Below, one piece after another: positions 36,497 to 47,121 of a stretch of DNA of 64,000 nt (the first letter of the stretch is position 1; the number at the start of each line of letters is the position of its first letter). Location: assembly GCA_029860075.1 (NCBI GenBank), contig JAOUBX010000012.1:3654-67653 (forward strand). The letters are read 5' to 3'. The stretch is from Deltaproteobacteria bacterium. GTDB lineage: Bacteria; Desulfobacterota; JADFVX01. Position numbers and translations under genes: made by a program. A model generated the notes under the pieces. That model saw only the letters and a list, made by a program, of their open reading frames with translations, was not told the DNA's origin and ran no database searches.

Positions 36497-37900
36497 TTAT
36501 AAGGGCAGGTAACCGCAGTGTTCTTTTAGGATAGCGGTCTTGCTTTCTTCATTTTTTAGCCACTTTTCAAGCAGCCTTTCTGCCAGCGTTACGCCGCTTT
36601 CGGCGATTTCAAATAATGCTTCAAGGTAGAAGGATTCGTCTTTTCCTTCCTCATCGAGCCTGTTTTGCTCTTTCAGGCTTTGCGACGCAATATTCAATAG
36701 GTAAGGGGCAAGTTTCCCAAGGTCCCATTTCCCAACGCATGCGTTGAGGCCGGTGCGCCAGGAGAGACGATAAAGTTTGTCCAGCGTTTCTCCCTCAAGT
36801 CCCTTCAGCAGGTTTGACGTTTCCTCCATGGCCCCGTCATTATAAAAAAGTCCCTTAATTAATGATTCCACGGCAGGCGCAACCTTCTGCGGCAGGCTGT
36901 CGGCAGAGCGTATCTCTATCTGGGGGCGGAGCCTGGCTTCCGTAAAGAGGGTGGATAAGTGGAGGTCCCAGTCGGCAAGTGTTGCCCTGTGCCCTTCGAA
37001 CCCTTCTTTGAAGTATTGGGCAAAGGTAAATCTTCTTCCCGTTAAATTAATGTATTCACCCTTTCGTAAAATAAAATACATGGGAACATTCAAGGCATAG
37101 TCGACATAAGTCTCATAACCGGCGCCTTCTTTAAAAAGGTCATAAATGATTCCTGTCCGGTTTTTATCCGTACGGGACCATATTTCCCCCCTGGTAGAGA
37201 GAAATCCTGTAGGCGCCCCTTCCATGATGGGTGAGTTTGCAAAAAGAGCGTAAAAGAGGGGAGACAGCTTCATGGAAAGGCGCAGTTTATCAATACAGTC
37301 TTTCTCATGAGCATAGTCGATATTGACTTGTACACCTGCCGTCTTTTTCATCATATGCTGGCCCATGTCGCCTGTATGCAGCATATAGGGCCCCATCACG
37401 CTGTAGCGGGCCTTGGGAAGCCATTTAATGGCATCCCTGTGAGTAACAGGCTGAACACCGAGGCCGAGGAGTAAAAGGCCAAGCGTTCCCGCCTCTTTGG
37501 CTACCCGGGCATTGTGGACTTCAAAATCCCTGAAGGAACAATGGACGTCGGAGCAGAGGGCGCCTGAAAGTTCGAGTTGCCCTCCCGGTTCGAGCGTAAT
37601 GGAAGAGTTTTCTCCCTTAAGGGCGACAAGATGCCCTTCTTCTCTAATGCCTTGCCAGTGACCGCTTTTTTCCATGTTGAGAAGAATCTTTTCCACTTCT
37701 TCATAGGTAGCCGCTTCACCTGTCCCGGCGTTGATGACCAGTTTTTCTATCTCTGTGCCGATTCCCCACTGACTTTTCTCTTTTCCACCTCGTTCAAGGT
37801 AGGCTGAAAGCTCATTTTTTGATTCAATGGGCTTTTCTTTTTCTAATGTCATGCTTTCAATCATGGGGCTAATCATAGCCGTTATGGGTTCCTTTCGCAA
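36497..37900 (-). CDS. Glutamate-cysteine ligase family protein (GCS2, plant/proteobacterial type)
   Basis: 467 aa with N-terminal blocks (WGIGTEIEKLV...GEAATYEE) and overall similarity to gamma-glutamylcysteine synthetase family 2, as recalled. Confidence 0.6.
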   Translation of the reverse strand: MRKEPITAMISPMIESMTLEKEKPIESKNELSAYLERGGKEKSQWGIGTEIEKLVINAGTGEAATYEEVEKILLNMEKSGHWQGIREEGHLVALKGENSSITLEPGGQLELSGALCSDVHCSFRDFEVHNARVAKEAGTLGLLLLGLGVQPVTHRDAIKWLPKARYSVMGPYMLHTGDMGQHMMKKTAGVQVNIDYAHEKDCIDKLRLSMKLSPLFYALFANSPIMEGAPTGFLSTRGEIWSRTDKNRTGIIYDLFKEGAGYETYVDYALNVPMYFILRKGEYINLTGRRFTFAQYFKEGFEGHRATLADWDLHLSTLFTEARLRPQIEIRSADSLPQKVAPAVESLIKGLFYNDGAMEETSNLLKGLEGETLDKLYRLSWRTGLNACVGKWDLGKLAPYLLNIASQSLKEQNRLDEEGKDESFYLEALFEIAESGVTLAERLLEKWLKNEESKTAILKEHCGYLPL

Positions 37901-38155
37901 ACAATTAATTAAGAGTCAGCAATAAGCAAAAAGGATTCAGGCCCTTTGAAAATTATGCTAATATGGCGGCTTTATAAAACCATGCCGGAATGCTGAAGGG
38001 TGACATTGAGCCCTGGTCGGGGAAGAGGTCCTTTCTTCGCCGCAAATGAGAGCCCTCACGTCTCAATGCCATTGCATGAGTGGTAAAATATGTAGATGGC
38101 CTGATTTAAAATAGTTAACATCCTGCTGCACTAAAAAAACAAAAGAAAGATCAGA

Positions 38156-39208
38156 ATGCCTAAGGTCTGCATTATCATCGCTGTTTTTCTTCTCTTCCTG
38201 CCGCTTGCCGCGCAAAGCGCTGAAGTCCGGTCAAAAGGAGAAGAGGAAAAAAGAGATGCAACCATTGCAGCAAAAAGCGGCTCCTTCCTGATGGGGCAGA
38301 AGAATTTTCTTCATCGGGTCATTGATGATTTAGATAAATCGATACACTATATGGAGGAGGATATTGAAAATCTTGAATCGAGAATAGGTTCCATTACCTT
38401 GCTTGAACCGGAAAGAAGAAACAAGGACCTTGCTTCCATAAAAAGCGTCTATGAAAGTCATCTCAAATGGCTCTACAAAATGAAGGAGGCTTTTAAACTC
38501 GACTATGACAGTTATTTTGCCGATGCAACTGCCGGGAAGGGGTGGATCAAAAGATGTGCAATAATGGTTGAGACTTATGAGAAGTTTAGGATAAAAGCCA
38601 AAAGAACACTGGCAAACTATGAAAAGAAAAAAGAGAGGCTCATCTATTTTTTAAATCGCCAGCGTTTTCTTATGACGGAAACGGAGTCCCTAAGAAATGA
38701 AATTGCCGCCATTGAAAAGAGGAAGGGCGTTATTCCGCCTCATGAGAATAATTTAAAGTCCCTTAAGAGCAAGTTGTGGGCCTACCAGGTGGAAATGAAC
38801 GCCATTGCCCTGTATAAGGAAGAAATGTATTTGCATTACCTTCTCCTTATCGAGCAGTTACGAGATAAAAGAGACTGGCTTTCCATGAAAATTGAAGCCT
38901 ATAAAGTATTATCAAACCTTGCTCCGGAGCTTGTTTCAGCGGGGGGAGATGATTTCAGGCGAAGATACGGAGAAGTGATAGAGACCTATGAAAAAGGAAT
39001 AGCCTTTCTTAAGGGAAGGGCCGATATGACGGGTAAGAAAGACTGGTCCATTACGCCTTACGGGGATATAAGAGAAGTAGAACGCTTCGAGGAGCTTACC
39101 GGCTATTATAAAGGGATGAAAAGCAGGTATGATGATTATAAACGTTTTCTTGGTGCACAGGCCGATGGTTTCAGGGCGGATATGGAAATGAAGGGCTGGA
39201 GGCATTAG
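38156..39208 (+). CDS. Hypothetical secreted coiled-coil protein
   Basis: Signal peptide (VFLLFLPLAAQSA). It is Lys/Glu-rich and predicted helical. No recognisable domain. Confidence 0.45.
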   Translation: MPKVCIIIAVFLLFLPLAAQSAEVRSKGEEEKRDATIAAKSGSFLMGQKNFLHRVIDDLDKSIHYMEEDIENLESRIGSITLLEPERRNKDLASIKSVYESHLKWLYKMKEAFKLDYDSYFADATAGKGWIKRCAIMVETYEKFRIKAKRTLANYEKKKERLIYFLNRQRFLMTETESLRNEIAAIEKRKGVIPPHENNLKSLKSKLWAYQVEMNAIALYKEEMYLHYLLLIEQLRDKRDWLSMKIEAYKVLSNLAPELVSAGGDDFRRRYGEVIETYEKGIAFLKGRADMTGKKDWSITPYGDIREVERFEELTGYYKGMKSRYDDYKRFLGAQADGFRADMEMKGWRH

Positions 39209-39343
39209 ATTAAAAACCTGTGACCGGTGACTGGATTAACTTGCAATCTGCAAAGAATTATGCTTTAAATAAAATCGCTTTTTTTCAGCCAATCTGTGAA
39301 TTAATCCCCTTTTTCAATTGAAGTTTCCTTATAGAGGTGTGAC

Positions 39344-40600
39344 ATGACAAGTAAAAAAAAGCCGTTAATTTTACCTTTTGCCGGACTCAGACCGGCTGCC
39401 GGACGTGCCGGTGATGTTGCCGCTCCGCCCTATGACGTATTAAATACGGAAGAGGCCAGGTTGCGGGCGGCAGGAAAAGAATGGAGCTTTCTCCATGTCT
39501 CCAAACCGGAGATCGACTTGCCGCCCGGAACAGATCCCTACGCCTTGCCGGTCTATGAAAAGGGGAGAGAAAATTTTCTGCGCATGGTGACTGAAAGAGT
39601 GTTGGTGCGGGACAATAGTGATTTTTTTTACCTCTATGGCCTGACCATGGGTGACCATAGCCAGATCGGGCTGGTAGCAACGGCTTCTGTTGCTGCCTAT
39701 GATGAAAACCGTATTCGCAAACATGAATTTACCCGCCCCGACAAGGAGGATGACCGGGTACACCATGTTGACATCCTTAACGCCCAAACGGGTCCCGTCT
39801 TTCTTACCTACCGTCATAGCGACAAGGTGGATCGTCTCGTGGCAGAGATTACCGCAACTAAAGCGGAAGTTGATATAAGCGCCGACGATAATGTTCGCCA
39901 CACCCTTTGGGTGGTGAAAGATGATGAAAGGGTGCAGGCCCTGGCTGAGGCCTTCAATGCCATGGATTTTCTTTACATTGCCGACGGTCACCACCGTTCG
40001 GCGGCGGCTTCCAGGGTAGCGGCCAGGCGTGCCGCCGCCAATCCTGAACATTGCGGCCATGAGCGTTATAACTATTTCCTTTCCGTCATTTTTCCCGACA
40101 ATCAGACCTGCATACTTGATTACAACCGCGTCGTACGTGATCTTAACGGATTGTCAGAGGAGGCCTTCCTTAAGGCGGTGAGTGAGCGTTTTCAGCTTAA
40201 AGAGGAAAATAGCCCCGTAAAACCGGCCACTGCAGGGGAATTTGGAATGTACATGGGGGGAAGCTGGTACCGCTTGCAGGTAAATACAGGACTGGTTCCT
40301 GTCAACGACCCTGTAAAACGTCTTGATGTCAGTCTCTTGTCTGATAACCTGATTGAGCCCATACTCGACATTTCCGATCCGCGCCGCGACAAACGTATCG
40401 ATTTTGTGGGGGGAATCCGTGGCCTGAAGGAACTGGAACGGCGTGTCGACAGCGGCGAAATGAAAGTCGCTTTTTCCCTCTTCCCCACGAGTCTGGAGGC
40501 GCTTATGGCCGTTGCCGATGCAGGACAGGTAATGCCGCCCAAATCGACCTGGTTCGAGCCCAAGCTGGCCGATGGGCTCGTGTCGCATGTATTGGATTAG
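39344..40600 (+). CDS. DUF1015 family protein
   Basis: The N-terminal hallmark LPFAGLRPA...VAAPPYDVLNTEEAR and a length of about 418 aa match the DUF1015 pattern, as recalled. Confidence 0.55.
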   Translation: MTSKKKPLILPFAGLRPAAGRAGDVAAPPYDVLNTEEARLRAAGKEWSFLHVSKPEIDLPPGTDPYALPVYEKGRENFLRMVTERVLVRDNSDFFYLYGLTMGDHSQIGLVATASVAAYDENRIRKHEFTRPDKEDDRVHHVDILNAQTGPVFLTYRHSDKVDRLVAEITATKAEVDISADDNVRHTLWVVKDDERVQALAEAFNAMDFLYIADGHHRSAAASRVAARRAAANPEHCGHERYNYFLSVIFPDNQTCILDYNRVVRDLNGLSEEAFLKAVSERFQLKEENSPVKPATAGEFGMYMGGSWYRLQVNTGLVPVNDPVKRLDVSLLSDNLIEPILDISDPRRDKRIDFVGGIRGLKELERRVDSGEMKVAFSLFPTSLEALMAVADAGQVMPPKSTWFEPKLADGLVSHVLD

Positions 40601-40780
40601 AAAAAAGAAATATGTTCTATGGGACTTATAGTACCCATAAGACTTATGAATAATAAAAAATTCATTCCGCCTCGTGGTAATTATCAGGCATTGCTTTCCT
40701 GTCAGAAGGCGGTCTGCGTGAGCGGATGACAGGCGCTCCTTTGAAAGTGCGTGAAGAACAGAGGAAAGGATAAAAAAAAT

Positions 40781-41242
40781 ATGCCGGGTTTTTTTAAGCG
40801 TAAGCAAAGAAAAGAATTTGAAATAAACTGTCCTGTTTGTAGCAGGGAATTCATTTATAAACACGACCCCCGTGAAATAACGAATTACGATTATAAATAT
40901 AAAGAGGGGGCTGCCTTTGTATGCAGCCTTGAATGTGATTTTTGTCATGCCGAAGCGTCTGTTGTCCAGTACCGGTCCGGTAAACTGGATACGTTTGATA
41001 ATAAATGGGTGAAGCTCGAAAAAGAGCATACCTGTGAAATTGATGCGGTCAGGAGTGAAATAGCATCAATGAAAGAAGGGTTAGAGAAAAAAGCTGACAA
41101 TCAATTGACCTCTCAATTGGTGGAATTGGAGGCGAGGCTGAAAAAACTGGAGCACATATTCAACCTTCAGGTAAAGAAATACACCCAATTTCAAGAAAAA
41201 TGGCGAGATGACTGGCAAAATGAAATGCTCAAGAACACATAA
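40781..41242 (+). CDS. Hypothetical zinc-ribbon (CxxC...CxxC) protein with a C-terminal coiled coil
   Basis: Start chosen at MPGFFKRK. It has two Cys pairs (CPVC ... CDFC). Confidence 0.4.
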   Translation: MPGFFKRKQRKEFEINCPVCSREFIYKHDPREITNYDYKYKEGAAFVCSLECDFCHAEASVVQYRSGKLDTFDNKWVKLEKEHTCEIDAVRSEIASMKEGLEKKADNQLTSQLVELEARLKKLEHIFNLQVKKYTQFQEKWRDDWQNEMLKNT

Positions 41243-41420
41243 CCGGCGTTTACTATTTCTGTTGATTTTAGCCCGGATGTTACAGGCTTCGCTTTGATAA
41301 ACAGATTTTATATGGTAAACCTCTACATAGAAACAGGACAACTTATTAGTATGTTCAAGCTGTTGAGAAAATAAGGCGCCGGCAGACCCGGCAGGAAGGG
41401 GGGCGCTGCCGCAGGTATTC

Positions 41421-43592
41421 ATGAGCAGATCCGTTAAAGGGTATATGAGAAGGGCAAAGACTGTCCTCGATGCCAACTGGAACGGGGAATATACGATCCC
41501 TGCGGCCGGGCTCTATCCCCATCAGTGGAACTGGGATTCCGGCTTTATTGCCATCGGCTATTCACATTACCGGACAGAGCGGGCCGTGAGGGAACTGACT
41601 CACCTTTTCAATGCCCAGTGGGAAAACGGGATGGTTCCCCAGATAGTTTTCGACAGCAAAAAGCTGGGCAGCTACTTCCCTGAACCTGATTTCTGGCAGA
41701 GTGAGCGGTCCCCGAGCGCTCCCAGGGGGATTAACACTTCGGGCATCACCATGCCCCCCGTTCATGCCTTTGCGGCTCTGAAGGTCTACGAAAATGCAAA
41801 ACGATCCGATGCCGTCAGGCCATTCCTTGAATGGCTCTTTCCCCGGCTTATGAAATTGCACCGCTATCTCTACCGTGAGAGAGACCCCGAAGGTATAGGC
41901 CTGGTTTACATACGGCACCCATGGGAGTCAGGCATGGACAACTCTCCCATGTGGGACAAGGTGCTCAGCAGGATAGCCCCCGGGACCGTCAACATTCCAC
42001 ACTATGAGAGGCTCGATCTTTTAAGCGGTGTCAAGGCCGATGAGAGACCGGGGGATATTGACTATGACCGTTTTGTCTACCTTGTCGACCTCTTCCGGCG
42101 GCATGCCTATGACGAGAGTGTAATTCAAAAAGAGTCTCCCTATCTGATTTATGGTCCTCTCTTTAACTCCATCCTTTCGGCGTCGAATGAGGCGTTAATA
42201 AAAATTGCCGACATCATTGGCAGGGAGAAAAAAGAGATAAAACTATGGCACGATCAGACGAAAAGGGCTATACAGGAAAAGCTCTATCATAAAGAGCGGG
42301 GCATCTTTGATTTTTATGACCTTGTTGAAAATCGGAGACTGGAGGTGGATACGGCAGCCGGCTTTTTGCCCCTCTTCGGTGGCGCTGCCACAAAGGCGCA
42401 GGCATCCGGACTCTACGACTACCTTAACTCTCGGAGTTTTTGCGCCCTGCATCAGGGTAACTGCTACACCATCCCTAACTATGATGTTTGCAAAGAAGAT
42501 TTCGAGCGGACCAACTACTGGCGCGGACCGCTGTGGATCAACATTAACTGGATGATCATGCAGGGACTCAGGCGCTACGGTTACAAACAGAAGGCCGATG
42601 CCATAGCCAAGGACATCCTCCAACTCCCCATGCGTTTCGGATTCCGGGAGTATTATGATTCCTTTGACGGGCGTGGCTACGGTTCGAACAATTTTTCCTG
42701 GACGGCAGCTCTCTTTATCGATACGGCCTATGAGACTTATCTGAAAACGGGAGAGGAGCGTTTGGGAAAGAGAATAAAAAAGATGCTCTGGAAGGATGTA
42801 ATCCTTAACTGCGGCAAAGAACCTTCAAAGACGCCTTCTCACATCATTTCCCAAAATATGCTTGCCGCTATAAGAGAGATAAAATCCAGATACTGCACAA
42901 GCTGCGGCAACGTCTCTTACGATGAAATTAAAAGCTCCGGCGAGTACGAGGAATATGGACGGGTTACAGCAAGCCTGAGAGATTTTAACCTGGACTTGCT
43001 TAAAGAAGAAAACCACAGGCTCGCTTTCTGGATCAATATCTACAATGCTCTTGTTGTAGACGGCATCATCAGGATTGGTATCAAAAGTTCCGTAAAGGAG
43101 TTTATCGGGTTTTTTTCGAAGGTGAAATATGTAATAGGAGGTTACGGCTTTTCACTTAGTGATATGGAGCACGGTATATTAAGGCGGAATGCAAGACCTT
43201 TTGAGCGCCCCTTGAAATGCTTCGGAATGTTCGATTCAAGAAAAGAGTATGCTGTTGAAAAGGTTGATCCCCGGATCCACTTCGCCCTTGTCTGCGGTTC
43301 CAGGTCCTGCGCTCCCATCGGTTTTTATACGGCCCGCCACATCGATGAAGAGCTTGAGCTTGCTTCGACGCATTTTGTTAACAGCTCCGAGGTGATCGTT
43401 ATGCCCGAAGAGAAGAAGCTTCTCATGTCAATGATCTTCAAATGGTATGAGACAGACTTCGGGGGGTTGACAGGCGTTCTTGACTTTATTGAAAGATACA
43501 CAGTGGATGATGATAAAAGAGCGTTTTTGAAAAGCAGGCCGAAAGATATGAAGGTGGATTACCTCTACTATGACTGGAACCTGAACAGGTGA
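41421..43592 (+). CDS. Six-hairpin glycoside hydrolase (GH63/GH37-like) fused to a C-terminal DUF547 domain
   Basis: The N-terminal ~450 aa carry glycosidase-like blocks (HQWNWDSGFIA, YWRGPLWININWMIMQGLRRYGY). The C-terminal ~250 aa contain the DUF547 signature AFWINIYNALVVDG. Confidence 0.55.
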   Translation: MSRSVKGYMRRAKTVLDANWNGEYTIPAAGLYPHQWNWDSGFIAIGYSHYRTERAVRELTHLFNAQWENGMVPQIVFDSKKLGSYFPEPDFWQSERSPSAPRGINTSGITMPPVHAFAALKVYENAKRSDAVRPFLEWLFPRLMKLHRYLYRERDPEGIGLVYIRHPWESGMDNSPMWDKVLSRIAPGTVNIPHYERLDLLSGVKADERPGDIDYDRFVYLVDLFRRHAYDESVIQKESPYLIYGPLFNSILSASNEALIKIADIIGREKKEIKLWHDQTKRAIQEKLYHKERGIFDFYDLVENRRLEVDTAAGFLPLFGGAATKAQASGLYDYLNSRSFCALHQGNCYTIPNYDVCKEDFERTNYWRGPLWININWMIMQGLRRYGYKQKADAIAKDILQLPMRFGFREYYDSFDGRGYGSNNFSWTAALFIDTAYETYLKTGEERLGKRIKKMLWKDVILNCGKEPSKTPSHIISQNMLAAIREIKSRYCTSCGNVSYDEIKSSGEYEEYGRVTASLRDFNLDLLKEENHRLAFWINIYNALVVDGIIRIGIKSSVKEFIGFFSKVKYVIGGYGFSLSDMEHGILRRNARPFERPLKCFGMFDSRKEYAVEKVDPRIHFALVCGSRSCAPIGFYTARHIDEELELASTHFVNSSEVIVMPEEKKLLMSMIFKWYETDFGGLTGVLDFIERYTVDDDKRAFLKSRPKDMKVDYLYYDWNLNR

Positions 43593-43658
43593 CGGAGAGG
43601 CATGGCTTTGCCCTGATTATTGAGAGGGGTAATGACTATTATCGCGAGTTTGCCCACT

Positions 43659-44840
43659 TCAAACATACTGGCCGGCACACCAGCCGGAAGACCATGCCCA
43701 TTGCAGGTTGTACCCGCCCAGTTCTCCCGTTACGTCCAGAACTTCACCGATAAAATACAAGCCTTCCAGGGCATTGCTTTCCATCGTTTTTGATGAGAGG
43801 GCATTGCAGTCTATGCCGCCCACAGTGACTTCAGCTGTGCGGTAGCCTTCAGTGCCACCCGGTTTTATGGTCAGCTTCTCTATTCTGGCTGATATGTTCC
43901 TGATTTCGTCATTAGAAATTTCCTGCAAACCTTTTTCCAACAACTCATTTGTCAGAAGGGTGGCAATGAGGCGTTTGGGCAGGCGCTTTGAGAAAAAGGA
44001 TTTCAGCCTGATCTGAGATCTTTTTTCTTTAAGCGATTTGAGTTCATTTTCCAGGTTGATGCCGGGAAGCAGGTTAATGGTGATCTCCTGACCGGGTTGC
44101 CAGAAGGAGGAAAGTTGCAGTATTGCCGGGCCGCTCAGTCCACGGTGGGTGAAGAGTATATTTTCCCGAAAACTTTTTCTTCCTGTGCTGACGATGCCGT
44201 CAACGGTAATACCCGAGAGTTTTGAAAAATGCGCCTTCTCTTTTGGCTGGAGTGTCAAAGGGACGAGGCCCGGCGATGGGGGGATGATATTGATGCCGAA
44301 CTTTTCGGCTATCTTGTATCCGATGGGACTGGCACCTATGTGGGGGTAAGAGAGCCCTCCCGTGGCGATGACTAGTGACTGGCTATGGTAGTTACCCCGT
44401 GAGGTAACTATTTTGAAGTACCGGCCTTCTGTTTTTTCCACCTTTTCGATTTTAGCGTTAAGTGTAATGGAGACGGATGCTTTTTCGCATTCTGTGAGAA
44501 GCATATTCAGAATGTCCCCGGCCCTGTTGTCACAAAAAAGCTGACCATGGTCCCTTTCACTGAAGGGTATCTTATAGCGCTCCATCATAGCAATAAAATC
44601 CCACTGACTGAAGCGACACAGTGCCGACTTGCAGAAGTGAGGATTGTTTGAGAGGTAATGACTTGAATCAAGGTCATAATTGGTGAAATTACATTTACCA
44701 CCACCGGAGATGAGAATTTTGCTCCCTGCCTTACCGGCATGGTCCAGAACAATTACTTTTCGATTGCGCTTACTTGCCTCTATAGCGCACATAAGGCCTG
44801 ATGCACTTGCTCCGATGATGATGACGTCTGTTTTATTCAT
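43659..44840 (-). CDS. NAD(P)/FAD-dependent oxidoreductase, HI0933/BaiN-like (aminoacetone oxidase family)
   Basis: N-terminal dinucleotide-binding motif VIIIGASASG and overall HI0933-like blocks. Confidence 0.8.
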   Translation of the reverse strand: MNKTDVIIIGASASGLMCAIEASKRNRKVIVLDHAGKAGSKILISGGGKCNFTNYDLDSSHYLSNNPHFCKSALCRFSQWDFIAMMERYKIPFSERDHGQLFCDNRAGDILNMLLTECEKASVSITLNAKIEKVEKTEGRYFKIVTSRGNYHSQSLVIATGGLSYPHIGASPIGYKIAEKFGINIIPPSPGLVPLTLQPKEKAHFSKLSGITVDGIVSTGRKSFRENILFTHRGLSGPAILQLSSFWQPGQEITINLLPGINLENELKSLKEKRSQIRLKSFFSKRLPKRLIATLLTNELLEKGLQEISNDEIRNISARIEKLTIKPGGTEGYRTAEVTVGGIDCNALSSKTMESNALEGLYFIGEVLDVTGELGGYNLQWAWSSGWCAGQYV

Positions 44841-45044
44841 TTCATAGCGTTAATTTTTTTTGACGCAGATTAACACAGATAAGCTATTATGATCACTGAT
44901 AAAAAAAATGGAATTTATTGACCCTGTGAGTTAAAGCTTTTTTTCAAATCTGTGAAATATTATAATAAATCAGTGCCAGGCTGTGTCAAAGTTCTTTTTT
45001 AAATCAATATAACAGGAAAACCATTTATGAACGAATGCTGATCC

Positions 45045-45449
45045 ATGAATGAAATAACAATGAATGAAACTGAAGTTGAGATCAGAGCTATCCGCTCCCG
45101 GGGTGCAGGTGGCCAGAATGTGAACAAGGTTTCCACTGCCATACAGTTACGTTTTGATATCAACCTCTCATCCCTTCCGGGTTCTGTAAAAGAGCGGCTG
45201 CTTAAAATGAATGACAGCCGCATTACCAAAGAGGGCATAATTATTATAAAATCTCAGGAATACCGGAGCCGGGAGAAAAACAGGGCAGTGGCGCTAACAA
45301 GGCTTGCCGAGCTTATAAAAAAGGCGTCTGTCAGAAGAAGAAAGAGAGTAGCGACGAAACCATCGAAAAAAGCCATGGCAAGACGGCTTGATACTAAAAA
45401 GCGACGCAGTAATATCAAAACCCTGAGAGGAAATGTGAAGGATGATTAA
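45045..45449 (+). CDS. arfB: Alternative ribosome-rescue factor ArfB (peptidyl-tRNA hydrolase, YaeJ family)
   Basis: GGQ motif (RGAGGQNVNKVSTAIQLRF) and a basic C-terminal tail. The start may be at 45045 or 45060. Confidence 0.85.
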   Translation: MNEITMNETEVEIRAIRSRGAGGQNVNKVSTAIQLRFDINLSSLPGSVKERLLKMNDSRITKEGIIIIKSQEYRSREKNRAVALTRLAELIKKASVRRRKRVATKPSKKAMARRLDTKKRRSNIKTLRGNVKDD

Positions 45450-45657
45450 AAGAGTTGACATCAGGATCGGCGGACGCGTTCGTGTCGTAAAAAAAGAGGA
45501 CCAGCGTTCGGGAAAACTGACGGAAGGGATCGTAAAGGATATTCTCACCAGGTCACCCGGCCACCCTCATGGTATTAAGGTGCGCCTCGAAAGTGGCATT
45601 GTGGGGAGGGTGAAGGCGATTGCCTATAATGAAAAGGGTGAAAATTCCACAGATTAA
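45442..45657 (+). CDS. YwbE family protein
   Basis: 71 aa with a conserved block (DQRSGKLTEGIVKDILTRSPGHPHGIKVRLESGIVGRV). Confidence 0.7.
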   Translation: MIKRVDIRIGGRVRVVKKEDQRSGKLTEGIVKDILTRSPGHPHGIKVRLESGIVGRVKAIAYNEKGENSTD

Positions 45658-45715
45658 CTCAATTACTTGACAGGGAAAAATTTTCGGTTATGATGGTGGT
45701 AAATATTATCACCAG

Positions 45716-46330
45716 ATGAATAACATGAATCGATACTTAATTTCCACAGTCATTCTTATCTCCTTTTTTTTCTGCTTTTCTCAAAGCATTTCGGCGGGAG
45801 GGAAGGGGAGGCCATCGAAAAAAAAGAACTTTCCTTCGATTACCATAATGACTTCAAAGTTTAAGCTCATTGCCGGTAAATGCAGCGCCGATGGAAAGAT
45901 GGAAGGCATTACCATGACCAAATTCGGCAAGCCGGAACAGTATATCGAGGCGAAAAGCGCCCACTGGGAAATGGATGAGGAAGAGGGGGTTACCATTGTT
46001 TTAAATGATGTTGTTGTTATTCATTTTAGCAAATCTCCGAGAAGCACCTTTAACAGCATTGTCAAATATGAAAGCCAGACTGTAAAAATGGGCAGTGATG
46101 TTATTCAGCTCGTCGTAAAGATTTATGGCAAAGGTAAAAAGGTGCGGCTCATCAAAGGGAAAGAGGCCCTTATCCACGAAAATAAACTGTGGCTGCTCAG
46201 GGGAATTATCATGGAGATGGATTATAGCTTTCTTCCCGAAGGTCATCCCCGCCATTACAAGCGAATACCTTTCTCCGCTTTAGTTGACAGTGGTTCCAGG
46301 AAAATAAGGGAAAATTCCTGGGTCAAATAA
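45716..46330 (+). CDS. Hypothetical secreted protein or lipoprotein
   Basis: Signal peptide (ILISFFFCFSQSISA). No recognisable domain. Confidence 0.4.
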   Translation: MNNMNRYLISTVILISFFFCFSQSISAGGKGRPSKKKNFPSITIMTSKFKLIAGKCSADGKMEGITMTKFGKPEQYIEAKSAHWEMDEEEGVTIVLNDVVVIHFSKSPRSTFNSIVKYESQTVKMGSDVIQLVVKIYGKGKKVRLIKGKEALIHENKLWLLRGIIMEMDYSFLPEGHPRHYKRIPFSALVDSGSRKIRENSWVK

Positions 46331-46367
46331 TTTTTTCACTCTTTCTTATTCGCTCTTAAATACAACA

Positions 46368-46631
46368 ATGGTTGAATGGTTTCTCTATATTGTAAAATGC
46401 GCTGATAACAGTCTCTATACGGGGATTACAACAGATCTTGAAAGGCGAATAGAGGAACACAACGGTGATAATCAACTTGGGGCCAGGTATACGAGACCGA
46501 GAAGGCCTGTAACGCTTGTCTATAAGGAGTGTTGTGCCGGCCGTTCAGAGGCGGCAAAGCGGGAGTATGAAATCAAAAAGCTGGGCAGGGAAGAGAAGGA
46601 AAGATTGATAAGCAAGGGGACATTGACATGA
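46368..46631 (+). CDS. GIY-YIG nuclease family protein
   Basis: The GIY-YIG core YIVKCADNSLYTGITTDLERRIEEHN is present. Confidence 0.8.
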   Translation: MVEWFLYIVKCADNSLYTGITTDLERRIEEHNGDNQLGARYTRPRRPVTLVYKECCAGRSEAAKREYEIKKLGREEKERLISKGTLT

Positions 46632-46987
46632 TAAACCATAAACTCGTATTACAGGAGCATTTAAATCACTATGGCTATCTCTTTGGGGGATGGCTTCTTC
46701 ACTGGGTCGATGAGTACGGCTGGATTACGGCCAACCTTGATTTTCCCGGCCATCGCTTTGTCACCATCGGTCTGGATCAGGTGGTTTTCAAGAAGAGCAT
46801 TCGTCTCGGGTCAGTACTCAAATTTAATATTGAAAGGGAGCGGAAGGGAAAAACATCCGTCGTTTATGATGTCAAGGTATACAGTGATTCCATTGAATCG
46901 GGTGATGAAGAACTGGTTTTTGAGACGAAGATTACTTTTGTTAATGTTGATGAAGCCGGTAATAAGCAGGCCATAGCCCTTGCTTGA
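46628..46987 (+). CDS. Acyl-CoA thioesterase (hotdog fold, YciA-like)
   Basis: 119 aa. It has a hotdog thioesterase block (GYLFGGWLLHWVDE) and its start overlaps the previous stop. Confidence 0.75.
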   Translation: MINHKLVLQEHLNHYGYLFGGWLLHWVDEYGWITANLDFPGHRFVTIGLDQVVFKKSIRLGSVLKFNIERERKGKTSVVYDVKVYSDSIESGDEELVFETKITFVNVDEAGNKQAIALA

Positions 46988-47121
46988 TGCCGGGCCGGGC
47001 ATTTGAAGGATGAGAACTGAGGGTGCTTAGGTCAGGTTCATCTGGACAGTTTTATGAAATCCTATTAGAATAGGGATCAGGAAACAGATTGTCACTTTAA
47101 TGAATACAGAGAATCCGATCC

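Noticed and set aside
39440-41029. Long minus-strand ORFs (206 aa and 291 aa) overlapping DUF1015 and the zinc-ribbon gene
   Set aside because: They are antisense to well-supported plus-strand genes. They are low-complexity, Arg/Gly/Pro-rich translations typical of shadow ORFs, with no RBS.
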